The notes: a model not told the origin generated them from the sequence alone. 64,000 bases of DNA from an uncultured Armatimonadia bacterium (GCA_963749155.1 CAVVLO010000004.1:1-64000); one strand, 5' to 3'. Positions 19,889 through 30,745 are shown, numbered from the stretch's first letter. Numbers and translations are program-made.

Positions 19889-21082
19889 TGACCCTCTCCG
19901 GGTACAGCTTGCCAAGCCTGCCGCCAGGCCGAAAGTAGTGCTTCAGTGATTGGACGCCGCATCAGGCCGATGGCGCCGTAACGCCAGTCATAAGGCTGGC
20001 CACCCTTTTGCATTCCATAATCCAGATAGAGCACCGGACGCCCGCGCTCGGTCATAACCAGCGCCTCGGGAACATGGGTAGCGGGCGCTGCGGGGTCGGA
20101 ATTGACGTAGCCCACCGGCAAGAAGTCTATCCCATCCAGAGATACAGCCTCAGTGATTTTCCGTGTCGACCAGTTCTGCGAGGCCTCGGCAAGTGGATCG
20201 GCATAACCGCCCCCGTCCGAATAACACACGTAGAGGTCACCGATCTTCACAACGTCGGGATTTGGCGCTCCATACATCGCAGGTTGCTTGCCAGCCCTTA
20301 TTATACGCCAGTCCTTGGGGCTTGAGGAAGTCACCCTCGTTCTCCGCATAGCCCATACAGACTCCGTGGCCTGGCAACCAATAGTCAAACCACAGCTTCA
20401 GCTTGCCCTCATCCCACATAAGTGAAGGGCGATGATAGCTGCCTTCAGGATGCGAGTCGCCCTGGGGCACAATGGGCGCGCCGAGGTCTTCTTTGTGCAA
20501 CAGTATTGGCTGTTCCGATTTCGTCCAGTTGATGCCATCCTCCGAAACCGCGCCCCGAATACAAAGCAGGCTGCCGTCGGTGTCTCCCTCTCCAAGCCAG
20601 GGCTTGCCATCGGCGTTTTGGCCAACCGAGCTATAGGCCATCAGATACTGGCCTTGATGTTTTATCACTGTCGGGTCGCCATCGTGGACGGAGTCCCAGG
20701 GCTCGTTTTCCGGCGCGATGACCGGCGCCCATAGCTCGCAGTTCCCAGTGGCATCCCAGTCGGCGCCAGTCCAGACCTGCCAGCTCCCTGTCAGCGACTT
20801 GCTGCGCGCTGCGTAGATGGCATCGCAGCCTGGAAAACCCGGATTGCAATCGGCCGCAGCCCAGCCAAAGAACCAGCCCTTGAAAGGCCATTCAGTATCC
20901 TCTGGTTCATAGACGATATGCAGGTTGTACATATTGTGGAAATCGCCAATCATCACACCCAGCCGCTGCCAGGCGAAATCGAAGTTCTGATGCCGGCCTA
21001 AAGTGAAGCCGCCAGCGGCTACATCGGCAAAGGCAAGCTGGGTAAACAACAGCAGTGCAACGAGCAAGATTATGCATCTCAT
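19882..21082 (-). CDS. Secreted beta-propeller glycosidase-like protein, paralog of 18099..19244; apparent frameshift at about 20320
   Basis: FHNMYN, WFFGWAAADCNPGFPGCDA, VHDGDP, GSYHRPSLMWD, HVPEA and YDWRY shared with the paralog; split between ORFs 20237..21097 and 19882..20388. Confidence 0.55.
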
Positions 21083-21093
21083 TGGTGGCCTCC

Positions 21094-23106
21094 TCAAGGC
21101 AGCAGACTCTGTGTATCCGGCTTTAGCGATTCAGCAAGGCCTTCCTTCCCCACGAGGATGATGGCCCCACAAGCAAGCTCGGGTAATGTAAAGCGGAGCT
21201 TGCCCTTGGTGAGTCTCGGATTCAGAGTCTGGTTCTTCTCCCCCTGGATAAGCCAGGCCCTGGAAAGGTGCGGGGCCCAGGCGGGCAGTATGACTTCTAC
21301 CTCGACGTCCTGTTGGGGGTGGAAGACATAACCCCTGGGATTGAAGTCATAGTCGAGATTCACCAGGTAAAGCACCAGGGCCTGCTCGGAAGCCACAGCG
21401 CCCAGGAACAGTTTGTTTGGAGCGTTTGCCTCTACTACCCGAGCCTGCTGCCACACGTCGGCACGAGAGAGGATTGGCCTCAGGCGGGCCATCTCGCAGT
21501 TGCAAGTCTTCTGCGCCTCCCAGAGCTCATCCCACCAAATCCCATACTGAGTGATGGCCGCATCGATTTGCTCGGGTGTTAGGTTGTGTTTGATGCCATA
21601 CTCCTCCTCAAGTCCGGCGATGTCGTCACGGAACTCGCGCTCCATCCTCTCCTTGGGGAACCAGCGGAACCACAACACACCTTTTGCGCCGCTGCCAAGC
21701 TGCATATAGAGTTGCGCCTGGGCCTCCTCTGGACTCGGCACCGGCCGCCCCAGCTTGTCATCCACCAGAGCACGTTCAGTCCAGACATGGGCGCCCTGGG
21801 CCCACACCCAACAGGGCGCAGGCTGCGCATTGCGCCTCAGGTCACTCGTATAGCTGGCTAGCGTTTCCAGGTATGTGCCCCAGAGGAAGGGCCAGTCATC
21901 GGGCGCCGGCGCGGTGACCCTGTATGCATCAAAGATAGGCGTGTCGAAGATGGGCGCGAAGGCATAGAAGAGCCTGTCGCGCGCAAGCGTACCAGCAATC
22001 GGGTGGCGGACAGTCTTGCTCTGCAGCAATTCAGTTATCTTCATCACGCGATAAGTGTTGGAGTATGTGCCCTCGTCCAGATGCCAGTCGGGCTCTTCGG
22101 CGGAGTTGAAAGCAATGAAGTCGGGCCTGCCGCTACTCGTCTCGAGGAAGGCTTCCATCTCGGCGGTGAGCTCCAGGGCATCGTCCTCGCCCGACCAGGG
22201 GCGTGGATTCCACATAGGCCGGAAGCCCTCCTCGCCCACAATAGTGGTGAAGAACCACTCAGGATTGTTATTAACCTCCCCAAAGCCAACGAACGGCGCA
22301 TCTATATAGCCTTTACGCAGTTCAGTACGGTATTCGGCGCTCTCACGGAAGTGGTCACCGCTCTGCCAGATGCCAATGGGGAAACGCGGGTCGGCGAGCG
22401 TGCAGGCCCTGAGAGTGCGCACTGACCTGGCGCCCAGCTCGCGACTGGCCAACTCGAAACTAAGGGGCTGGCGTACCTCGACCAGGTGGAAGGGTTCCAC
22501 CGTCAGCAGGGCGGTCTCTCCTGGACCAATCTCGCCAGGATTAAAGCGTCCCTCGACAGGCTGGCCGTTCACCTTCAACAAGCCAAGCTCATATCTGGCC
22601 CACGGATCATCATTGCGGACGAAAAGGGTAAGCTTCTCGCCCTCACGGAAGGCATAACTGGGTACCGGGCCACGGTCCCAAAGTCTCAAGTGCGCTTCCT
22701 GCTGGCTCCCATCAGCGGATATCAGGGTCAGTGAGAGGCGCCCTCCACCGGGCGGGAAGAGAGCCGAAGTACCGTTGAGCTCTACCACTCCGAACTGACC
22801 GGGGAGGATAGGATTTGGCCTTTGCCGCCACCACCAAAGCTGGCGGCTTTTAAGGGCATCCAGGGTCCTCGTCTCGCCGATGAGCACATCTGTTATGACC
22901 AGCGGTTCGGGGCCGGCGTTCTCCAGTTGCACCAGCACAGTGCCGCCCATCTCGGCCACCGAAGGTGAGGACTCCTTCAAATTGGGGTCAGCCACCCCGG
23001 CCTTGAAGCCTGTACAACTGACGCTCCAATCGGCCTGCACCGCCCCGGCCATAAGCAGCAACGCAAAACAGAGCACTACTAGCATAAGCGCCCCCATCTT
23101 GCTCAC
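21094..23106 (-). CDS. Secreted hypothetical protein, possible glycoside-hydrolase-like TIM barrel
   Basis: 670-aa ORF, signal peptide, EEPD and GAKGVLWF segments; tightly coupled to its neighbours. Confidence 0.55.
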   Translation of the reverse strand: MSKMGALMLVVLCFALLLMAGAVQADWSVSCTGFKAGVADPNLKESSPSVAEMGGTVLVQLENAGPEPLVITDVLIGETRTLDALKSRQLWWWRQRPNPILPGQFGVVELNGTSALFPPGGGRLSLTLISADGSQQEAHLRLWDRGPVPSYAFREGEKLTLFVRNDDPWARYELGLLKVNGQPVEGRFNPGEIGPGETALLTVEPFHLVEVRQPLSFELASRELGARSVRTLRACTLADPRFPIGIWQSGDHFRESAEYRTELRKGYIDAPFVGFGEVNNNPEWFFTTIVGEEGFRPMWNPRPWSGEDDALELTAEMEAFLETSSGRPDFIAFNSAEEPDWHLDEGTYSNTYRVMKITELLQSKTVRHPIAGTLARDRLFYAFAPIFDTPIFDAYRVTAPAPDDWPFLWGTYLETLASYTSDLRRNAQPAPCWVWAQGAHVWTERALVDDKLGRPVPSPEEAQAQLYMQLGSGAKGVLWFRWFPKERMEREFRDDIAGLEEEYGIKHNLTPEQIDAAITQYGIWWDELWEAQKTCNCEMARLRPILSRADVWQQARVVEANAPNKLFLGAVASEQALVLYLVNLDYDFNPRGYVFHPQQDVEVEVILPAWAPHLSRAWLIQGEKNQTLNPRLTKGKLRFTLPELACGAIILVGKEGLAESLKPDTQSLLP

Positions 23107-23113
23107 TCCTCGG

Positions 23114-25613
23114 TCAGTTTGCTTTCCGGTAGGTAATCATATCGGCGCTACGCGGCACTGTCAGCTTAACTTCCAGCCCCGAAGCAAGCGCTGCGCCAGT
23201 GAAGCGTTCAGTATGGCCGTCGTTTTCCCAGCGCACCTCGTAGGTGGCCTCTGGCACCAGTCCACGCAGGGCGAGAGAGACACCAGTATAGGGGCTTTGC
23301 TCTCTGCGCGCGAATAATACCAGCCCCTCGTCCAGGTCCTCGCGATGATATTGGGAGGCATACCAGTACAACTTGTCGCGGCTTGAGGGCAGCAGCGGGT
23401 ACCAGGCGCCGACGAGCAGGTGGCGCACCCGTAGATACCGGTCGGATAGCACCTTGGCGCGCGCGAAGTCGAAATCCGGCGCGTCGGCTATCCACCCCAG
23501 GCACAGCGAACTGGCCATCGCCGAGTAGAAGCTGTAGTCGGTCAGATTGTTGATATGCGCGACGATGAGGTTGTTGGGCAGATACTGCGAGGTGCCCCAA
23601 AGGCTCTGCTGGTCCACATCGGCATTGAACCAGTAATCGGTCTTCTGATGCAGATCCATCCGACTGAGGGTCTCCAGGTCAATGCGCCGCCCGCCGCTTG
23701 CGCATTCTTCCATCACTACATCGGGCCAGGCCTTGCGGAGAGCCTCCCAATAGGCGTAGAGCCCCTCGACATACTTCATCTCGGTGATGCCCTGGCGGTC
23801 CTCCGTGTCTGTATGACGCCAATAGGGCAGGGGATCCATATTGAAATCCTGCCGGTAGAAGCGGAAACCGGGCAGCTTCATATAGTCGGCCACTATGTCG
23901 AAGAAATAGCGCTGCACCTCGGGCAAGCCGAAATCGAGCAGATACGTGGATTCCTCTCCCGGCTGGCTTTTGAGCAGCCACTCGGGGTGCTCGCGGTGGG
24001 CCGTGGTACCCGCCATTACGCGTTCAGGCTCATACCAGAGACCGTATATCATACCTTCATCCAGAGCGGCCTGCGCGACAGGGCCCATCCCATCGGGATA
24101 AGCGTCCTTGCGGGCATCCCAGTTGCCCGCGCCCATCGGCCAGCCCCCGGTGAACCAGCCGGCATCGGTCAGCAGCGCCTCCAGTCCAAGCGGGGCATAG
24201 GCGTGGATGAGCGAGATCTGGTTTTCGGCGTTGCACTCGTTCAGCCAGCCGCCCCCGCGCGTAAAACAGGTGTTGCAGAAGAGCATCGGCAGTGGTGGTT
24301 TGCCTTCTCTGTGCGCGCAATAGTGCTGGTAAAGCAGCTCCCGGAAGGCGCTGTTGGCCTCCCAGGTGTCGCCCGCCCAGTGCATCAGCAGGATGCGCGG
24401 CGACCTCACGCGCTCGCCTGGCACCAGCTTGAAGTGGGTCAGCTCCATCCCCGCGTCCAGCTTCAGCACGCGCTGACTCGGGCAACTGAAGTGCGCATCC
24501 CATTGGCCTGACCAGCCGATTGCCCCAACGAGCGAGCCACCAGCCATATCGAGTTTGAAGAAGGGGAAATCGCCGTTCGAAGAGCGCCCTCCCTTCGCGA
24601 CCAGCTTGCGCGCCTCGCTGACGGTGACAGGCAGTGTCTCGAACTCAAAATCCTCAGGTGTCGAGGGCGCTCCGTTAGTGCGATAAAGCAGATAGGGTTC
24701 CTCTCCGGGCCTCGGCGCGCCAACTGCCGAATCCAGCACTCGGATATCTTCGATGAGGCCAGTCTCCACCGTCCGCGACTCGAAGTACAGCACCCAGTCC
24801 ACCGCGGGGAAGCGCTTGAACCGCTTCACCTCCCAGGTCATCACGAGGCCACCGGTAGGCTCGGGGAAGACCTCGCGTGTAAGCACATAGTCAGCCGTGT
24901 TTTCGATTACAGACAGACCCGAGGTCCACTCTGGCAAAAAATCGTTGGTCGAACGCCCCTTGTAAGTGAAGCTGAAGGGGAAGCGTCCGCGCTCGGTTGC
25001 AAGGGCGCCCTCGTCCAGTTCATCGAGAAAGCGGGTATGGTCCTCGAGGGTGGTGTAGCGAGCCTCGGCCCAGTCGGCATGGTCATAGGGAGGGCCATCT
25101 CCGCCATCGTCAACCCCCAGGACGAGTTCCTTCGCGCGTGCCAGCTTGAGCGCAACTTCGACGGGCTCATCTCCCCCGCGCAGCACATCCGACCTCCAGA
25201 CCTCTCGGCCGTCAGCCTGGACGAAGAAGACCACGCTGCCCTTGCCAGCGGTGTTGGCGTTGTTGTCCACGCCCACCCAGGCGTTGAAGGCGGTAATCGG
25301 CGCCTCGCCCCTCAGCTTGATTCGGCTTACTGAATGAGTGCCAAGCCCGCGTCCAAAGGCCCGCGAGCCAATCTTTAGGGGGGTGATGGATACACGACTG
25401 GTTGCGCTCTAGCGCCTGGTAATCTTGCCGTTCCAGCACCAGACTCCCGAGTGCGGGCGAGGCCGGATAAGGCGCCTCGATGAGTTCTTGAATCCAGTCC
25501 AGACTCACTTGTGGGGTTGTCATCGCGAAACCAGTCCTCCCAAAGTTGGTGCACAGTGCGAGGCCCAGGGCCAGCGCTGCCAGATAGCGAGTCGTGCAAG
25601 CTGCAACTCTCAT
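23114..25613 (-). CDS. Alpha-galactosidase (GH36) with N-terminal NPCBM domain; apparent frameshift at the G7 run near 25380
   Basis: AAGGAG RBS and signal peptide; GLGTHS...VGVD...DHADWAEA (NPCBM); DAGWF, GLWYEPE, RQDFN and ECASGGRRID (GH36). Confidence 0.8.
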
Positions 25614-25635
25614 CGAGGTTCTCCTTCGGACACTA

Positions 25636-27155
25636 TCACTCCGGCTTGTCCACGCGCAGCCTGGCGACTCGCACATCAGTGATGCGCATCTTGCTGCGGT
25701 CGACGAAATACCCAAGCCGGCCATACATTGCCCTGTAGTGGGGGAAAGCCAGGCAGAGCTCATCGTCCACGTAGACTTCCAGGTGCTCTCTGCGCCCGAC
25801 GATACGCAACCGGTAGGCCTTCTGGCGCTGGATGGGCATCATATGGCGTTCGACGAACTCGAAAGCCGGCGCCTCGCCGAAGTAGACGCACTGGTCCTCT
25901 GCATCGAGAGCCACCACTCCCGCTTCGAGGCCGTGGTCCATCCGCAGTGCAAGGCCCGCGGCCCGGCCGTGTTCGAGGGTCACCGTGGCCTCGAAGATGA
26001 AGCTCTCGACCGCCAGATCGGTAGGCACGATGCCCCATCCGGTGCGGCTGGAGCCCTCCACTACATCCCCCTCGAAGGTCCACTTCGCGGTGTCGAAGTC
26101 CCAGATCTGCCCCCACCGCCTGATGTCAGCGCTCGGAGGTAACGGGCGTCCGGGGCCAATTGGCTCATCGGCGATGCGCTTTTCGACCAGCGGGCAGTAG
26201 GCAGGATAGAGCCTCTGCCCATCGCGTTTCAGCAGCTTCGGCGTGGACAGCGTGCCCAGGTGGACATTGCCTTTGTCGTTTGCCGGCACCCGCTCGCGGT
26301 CGGTATAGAGCAGATAGCGCTCTCCCTGGTGCATCACCGTGCGGCAGGAGATATGCGCACCCGCGTGAGCGCCGAGTAGCACGTTCGATTCGACCTCTTC
26401 ATAGGGGCCCTCGGGCCTGTCCGAGACTGCAAAGATGGTGCCGTGAGTTATGTGGGGCTGGCTGAAGATGCCCAGATTCCCATACCAGTTGCCTGTCAGG
26501 CAGGTCAGATACCACAAACCATCAACTTCAAACACGTCAGGCACTTCGATACAGGCATATTTGTTCGGCGCAAAGGCGGGGGGCGATGTTCCCAGTTGAT
26601 GAGGTCGGCCGACCAAACGCATGCGATGCAACTGGTCTCTGGCAGTTCTCTGCCCGGCTGGCGCGTCGCATAGAAGCCCAGCCAGCCCTTCCCCCCAGGA
26701 TCTGGAATCACAACGAGGTCGCGGCAGTCCAGCAGGTTGGGGATTGGATGGCCAACCGAGGCATACCATTTGCTGTCGGGCACGATTACGGGGTTGCCGG
26801 CATACTGCTCCCACTTGTCAGGATCGCGAGTTGTGGCAAGGCCTATCCGCTGGATCTGCGGCGCTTGCAGGCCGCGCATCGTGTAGAAGAGATAGCCCTG
26901 CCCCTCATGCCAGAGGGCGCAACCCGTCCACGGCTGGGTGTCTTCAAGTGGATCGCCGGGCTGTGGGCCGTAAGCGACAGGGCGTTCTTCCCATTCGATG
27001 AGATCGCGGCTTACCGCGTGACCAAGCCAGTCTTCGTGGCCTGCTGGCAGGTCGGCGTCGGGACGCGTCCGCTGCAGGTGGTACATATGCACTTCATCGC
27101 CCAGCGGCATATACCAGGCGTCCCACATATACAGGCCCTTCGGTGAATAGTTCAT
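25636..27155 (-). CDS. GH32/clan GH-J beta-propeller glycosidase, cytoplasmic; apparent frameshift at the G7 run near 26580
   Basis: MWDAW, GHAVSRDLIEW, WTG, CRD and EVPD motifs plus C-terminal beta-sandwich (LEVYVDD). Confidence 0.7.
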
Positions 27156-27187
27156 CGGCGTCCCCCTTTGTGGCAGTGAAGCCTTCA

Positions 27188-27243
27188 GTTCGGCCCGCAG
27201 CGCCTGCTTCCTGCGGCAGGTATCTTGTGCCATCAAGACGAAA
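27188..27243. promoter_or_regulatory. Back-to-back SigH-like promoters: minus GCAGGA-N15-CCGAAC (27188-27214) and plus GCAGGT-N16-ACGAAA (27216-27243)
   Basis: Two copies of the recurring motif pointing at the divergent genes 27155(-) and 27273(+). Confidence 0.5.
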
Positions 27244-27272
27244 TACCTTTCAGTTTTGAGGAGGTACTGCTT

Positions 27273-29072
27273 ATGGAACTCCGTCTTATTCTTGCTCTAC
27301 TGCTCTGCCTGCTGCTTGCCCTGCCCGCCCTGGCGGTCGAGGTGCGCACCACGCGCTTCGACGACACCAGAGAAGCCCTTGTCAATCCGATGATGGGCTG
27401 GGTCGCGCATCACTATGACAACGTGATATCAAGTTATGGCAGCAAGCTGTCCTATGACGACACTCTGGACGACTTCCCAGGCCTTTCCACTATCTACCTG
27501 CGCCTGGCCTGGAGCTATATCGAGCCTGAAGAGGGCCAATACAACTGGAGCTGGGTGGATGGCCCAGCCCAGCGCTGGATTGACAAAGGCCTGAAGGTGG
27601 CTTTCCGTTTTTCCTCGACCGAATCCTTTATGCGCTACGCGACGCCCAAGTGGGTTGAGGACGCAGGCGCAGAGGGCTACAACTTCACCCCTGGGAAGGA
27701 AGACCCAACCGGCCCCTACTGGGAGCCTGAATATGACGACCCGGTCTTCCTGGCCAAGCTGGAGAACTTCCTCGCCGCAGCGGCGAAGCGCTACGAGGGC
27801 AACCCGAACGTGGCTTTCGTGGATGTCGGCAGTTTCGGCGTGTGGGGCGAAGGCCATACCTGGGCCAGCACCCAGCGCAAATGGCCAGCCTCGACGCTCA
27901 TCCGCCATATGGAGCTTTATCGCAAGCACTTCCCCAAAACGCTGCTCGCGGCCAACGACGACTTCAGCTTTCAGGGGGATGAGACCATCCAGTACGCGCT
28001 GGAGCAGGGGATGACCTTGCGCGACGACAGCATTATGGTGGCCAACAAGCCCAACTCCTGGTACCACGCCGAGATGGCACAGGACTTCTGGCCCCATCAA
28101 CCGGTCGTCCTGGAAAGCGAGCATTATGGCGGGTCGGTAGGACGCGGGGCCTGGTATCCCGGCGGCTATCTGGAGGCCATCGAGGCCTACCATGCCAGCT
28201 ATGCATCCATCCACTGGTGGCCGAGAGAGTTTCTCGAGGCTGAGCGCGCGGAGATAGACCAGATCAACCAGCGACTCGGCTACAGGCTTCAACTGAGAGA
28301 AGCCTCCTGGCCCTCCGAGGTGAAGCCCGGAGAGGCCTTTGAGCTTGCTTCCAAATGGGCCAACGCGGGGGTTGCGCCCTGCTACCCAGGCGGTCACCTC
28401 GCCTGGACACTGCTGACTCCCAAGGGCGGGGTAGCGACAGTCGCTGTCGATGGCGACTTCGACGTCCGGACGTTAGAGGTCGGCCCTTCCGGTGAGGCGC
28501 CAGAGCAGCTTGTCGTCTCGAAGCTGCGGCTTCCGGAGATTCTGGCGCCCGGTGAATACACTCTGGCGGTCTCGGTAGGTCAGCTCGACGGCACGCCGAC
28601 CCTTGCGCTGCCACTGGCAGGCAAGCTGCCTTACAAGCGTTATCTCGTGGGCAAGCTTTCTATCGTAGGTGATTACAAACTAGAGGTCGGCGCGCTAACT
28701 CGCCAGCCTGACGGCAAGTGGGGCCTGCCGGTAACCTGGATTGTCCGCGGAGAGTGCCCTCAGGGCACAAGGCCTTTCGCGCATTTCGACCTGGGTGGCG
28801 CTATTGCTTTCCAGGGAGGGATGAGCGAACTCGAGGGCCAGCCGGTAGAGGCTTATGACTTCCCCCTCGCGCCTGGCACGTATTCGACAGTGGTCTCTTT
28901 CGAGGCGCCCCAGGTGATGGAAACCACAACTTACCAGGTTTTGTTTGGGCTTTGGGATCAGCCCAACGACTTGCGTCTGCTGGGAGAGGGGCAGGAGATG
29001 GACGGGCGTATCCTCATCGGAGAACTGACCCTTCAGCCCGATGGCACGGCAAGCTTCACGCCAGCGCGCTAG
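27273..29072 (+). CDS. DUF4832/DUF4874-family beta-galactosidase-like secreted protein
   Basis: GAGGAGG RBS, signal peptide, NPMMGW, YLRLAWSYIEPEEGQYNW, GVWGEGH and RLGYRL. Confidence 0.7.
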   Translation: MELRLILALLLCLLLALPALAVEVRTTRFDDTREALVNPMMGWVAHHYDNVISSYGSKLSYDDTLDDFPGLSTIYLRLAWSYIEPEEGQYNWSWVDGPAQRWIDKGLKVAFRFSSTESFMRYATPKWVEDAGAEGYNFTPGKEDPTGPYWEPEYDDPVFLAKLENFLAAAAKRYEGNPNVAFVDVGSFGVWGEGHTWASTQRKWPASTLIRHMELYRKHFPKTLLAANDDFSFQGDETIQYALEQGMTLRDDSIMVANKPNSWYHAEMAQDFWPHQPVVLESEHYGGSVGRGAWYPGGYLEAIEAYHASYASIHWWPREFLEAERAEIDQINQRLGYRLQLREASWPSEVKPGEAFELASKWANAGVAPCYPGGHLAWTLLTPKGGVATVAVDGDFDVRTLEVGPSGEAPEQLVVSKLRLPEILAPGEYTLAVSVGQLDGTPTLALPLAGKLPYKRYLVGKLSIVGDYKLEVGALTRQPDGKWGLPVTWIVRGECPQGTRPFAHFDLGGAIAFQGGMSELEGQPVEAYDFPLAPGTYSTVVSFEAPQVMETTTYQVLFGLWDQPNDLRLLGEGQEMDGRILIGELTLQPDGTASFTPAR

Positions 29073-29731
29073 AGGCCAGGCTTGACACCTTCCACGCGCA
29101 GGCAAGGGCAGAAGGCCGTGTGATAGTCCTGAGCAGGTGGAGTGACGACCTCGACAAGGCCGGCGCCTTCCAGCAGGGCCTTGAGCGACTCGGCCGTGTA
29201 GCCCCACTTGTGCACATCACCGACGAACCGGTCCGAGCTAAAAACATAGGCCAGCAGTTGAGGGTCGCGCTCCTTGAGGTAGCGCTTCGCAAGCCCTGCG
29301 AAGTCCGGCACTTCCAGTACCAGCTTGCCGCCGGATGCAAGCAGACTCGCCCAATGCTCAACCGCGCGCTCGGCTTCCTTGCGGTTGAAGTGTTCCAGCG
29401 CGTGATAACACTGGATCTCGGTGACGCTGCCTTCAGGGAAAGGCAATTTGCGGATGTCGCATAGCAGGTCAGTAGCAGGTGTCTCGCGCCAGTCGATGTT
29501 GATGAAGCCGGGCAGCGCGTGGCTACCGCAAGCCAGTTGCAGCCTCACCGGCGCTTTGGGGGCAAAAGGCTTCAGCTTCCAGGCAAACCTGAGCAGAGCC
29601 GGCTCCAGCGAGCGTCTTACCGCATCCCTCTCTTCGAGGAGTTTCTCTTTTACTCTGTGCGGTGCGCCATCAAGTCCAAGACCGGTAAGGCGGCCGATTC
29701 CAGCGCACCAGGCTTTGAGCAACTGCTTCAT
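29069..29731 (-). CDS. Class I SAM-dependent methyltransferase-like protein (Methyltransf_11)
   Basis: LQLACG...GFINID, DIRKLPF, HALEH and L..GG.L.LEVPD motifs. Confidence 0.75.
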   Translation of the reverse strand: MKQLLKAWCAGIGRLTGLGLDGAPHRVKEKLLEERDAVRRSLEPALLRFAWKLKPFAPKAPVRLQLACGSHALPGFINIDWRETPATDLLCDIRKLPFPEGSVTEIQCYHALEHFNRKEAERAVEHWASLLASGGKLVLEVPDFAGLAKRYLKERDPQLLAYVFSSDRFVGDVHKWGYTAESLKALLEGAGLVEVVTPPAQDYHTAFCPCLRVEGVKPGL

Positions 29732-29764
29732 CTAGTGACTCCCAGGCAGGTTATTGGCAGCAAG

Positions 29765-29791
29765 ATTCGCCAGTCAAACCTTCTCTCCTGC
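29765..29791 (-). promoter_or_regulatory. SigH-like promoter motif GCAGGA-N15-GCGAAT
   Basis: Best match to the recurring motif; 33 nt upstream of the methyltransferase start. Confidence 0.55.
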
Positions 29792-29805
29792 CGCCTTCGG
29801 CCAGT

Positions 29806-30610
29806 CTAGGCGACTTCGCTTTCCACCTGCTTGCCCCGCAATCCCTGCTCCAGGCCCTCTGCCAGAGCTGCCAGGCACCCTTCGCAGCCTGCGCCTTCTC
29901 TGCACCCGCGCCTGAGCTGGTCGGCTTTGTCCCCTGCCAGGCAGTCCAGCAGACGACTGGCTGCGCAGAGCTCCGGCCTGCCCGCCGTCCCAGAAATCTT
30001 CAGCGGATCTCTTGGCAGCGCCTGCAGACTCGCTTCCAGCTTGTCCCTTGTTCTGGGCAACGCAAGCTGCTCATAGGCCAGTGCTCTGCGTCCCGAAAGG
30101 CCAGAATCTTCTTAGCTCCAGTTCAAGTGAAGGGTCTACCTTCGCAATCAACTGGGCTGCCCTCAAAGCCTCTTCCCTTCGACTTCTTGGCGTGATTAGC
30201 GCATCAGGCCTGAATACCAGCAGCGCCGCCGCAAGCGCCAGACTGCTGGAGAGACGCGCCAGGGTCAGCGGAGCCTCTTTGCTCTCCTCGGACTGCTCTC
30301 TTAAAAGAGAGACCACCGTCACCTGCCCTGACAATACCTTGTAAGCGCGTTGCACCTCGGGCAGCTCTGACTCCCGGACAACCTCAAGCCGCTCTCCACA
30401 CAGATTGCGATAAAGCAACTCCACAGGATCTACCTGTTCCTTTATCGAACCTGCGCCCTCTGGGCACCGCGCAAGAGCTTCGAGATCAGCGATAAACAGC
30501 ACGGCGCGTTCTCCCTGCCAGCCTGCGAGCTGACTTGCAGTTAAAACCTGGGCCAGTCGCAATTCGGGGCTGGGCACTTCATAAGCAAGTACAGTAGCCT
30601 GCGCGCTCAT
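29806..30610 (-). CDS. Degenerate tryptophanyl-tRNA synthetase paralog (about 267 aa when joined) lacking HIGH and KMSKS and retaining a C-terminal four-Cys motif; apparent +1 frameshift at about 30105-30114
   Basis: GGAGGAG RBS. Collinear TrpRS-like segments: PSPELRLAQ (PTGKLHLGH), LFIADLEAL (FFIADYHAL), ESELPE (QSQVPE), VTVVSLLR, LAAALLVF (QAADILAF), GLSGRRALAY (GLDGRKMSKSY), RDP....GRPELC, GCREG-AGCEGCL..LAE. Confidence 0.7.
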
Positions 30611-30632
30611 ACTGGATCACTCCTCCTGGCAA

Positions 30633-30671
30633 TAAAAAAGACCGAGGGCTTTTACGCTCTGCCCGCGGTCT
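30633..30671 (-). terminator. Attenuator terminator in the leader of the TrpRS-like gene
   Basis: AGACCGCGGGC-loop-GCCCTCGGTCT (10 of 11 pairs) followed by a T-run, about 20 nt before the start codon. Confidence 0.8.
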
Positions 30672-30745
30672 GGGTTACCTCTTCGTTTGATTTGGGTCTT
30701 CTTAGAAGACCTTCATCCTCGCGCCACCAGAAAGCCGCTGGGCAG
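30659..30745 (-). promoter_or_regulatory. Antiterminator helix of the attenuator
   Basis: CTGCCC-A-GCGG-CTT-TCTGG (30727-30745) pairs with CCAGA-CCGC-GGGCAG (30659-30673): 15 bp that sequester the terminator 5' arm. Confidence 0.7.

Noticed and set aside
29069..29731. Methyltransferase as part of the attenuated pseudo-TrpRS unit
   Set aside because: It has its own SigH-like promoter motif and resembles glycan-associated methyltransferases; co-transcription is possible but unsupported.
30715..30735. T-box riboswitch upstream of the TrpRS-like gene (GGTGGCGCG)
   Set aside because: It lacks the UGGNACC bulge and a recognisable Stem I; the leader-peptide model explains the region better.
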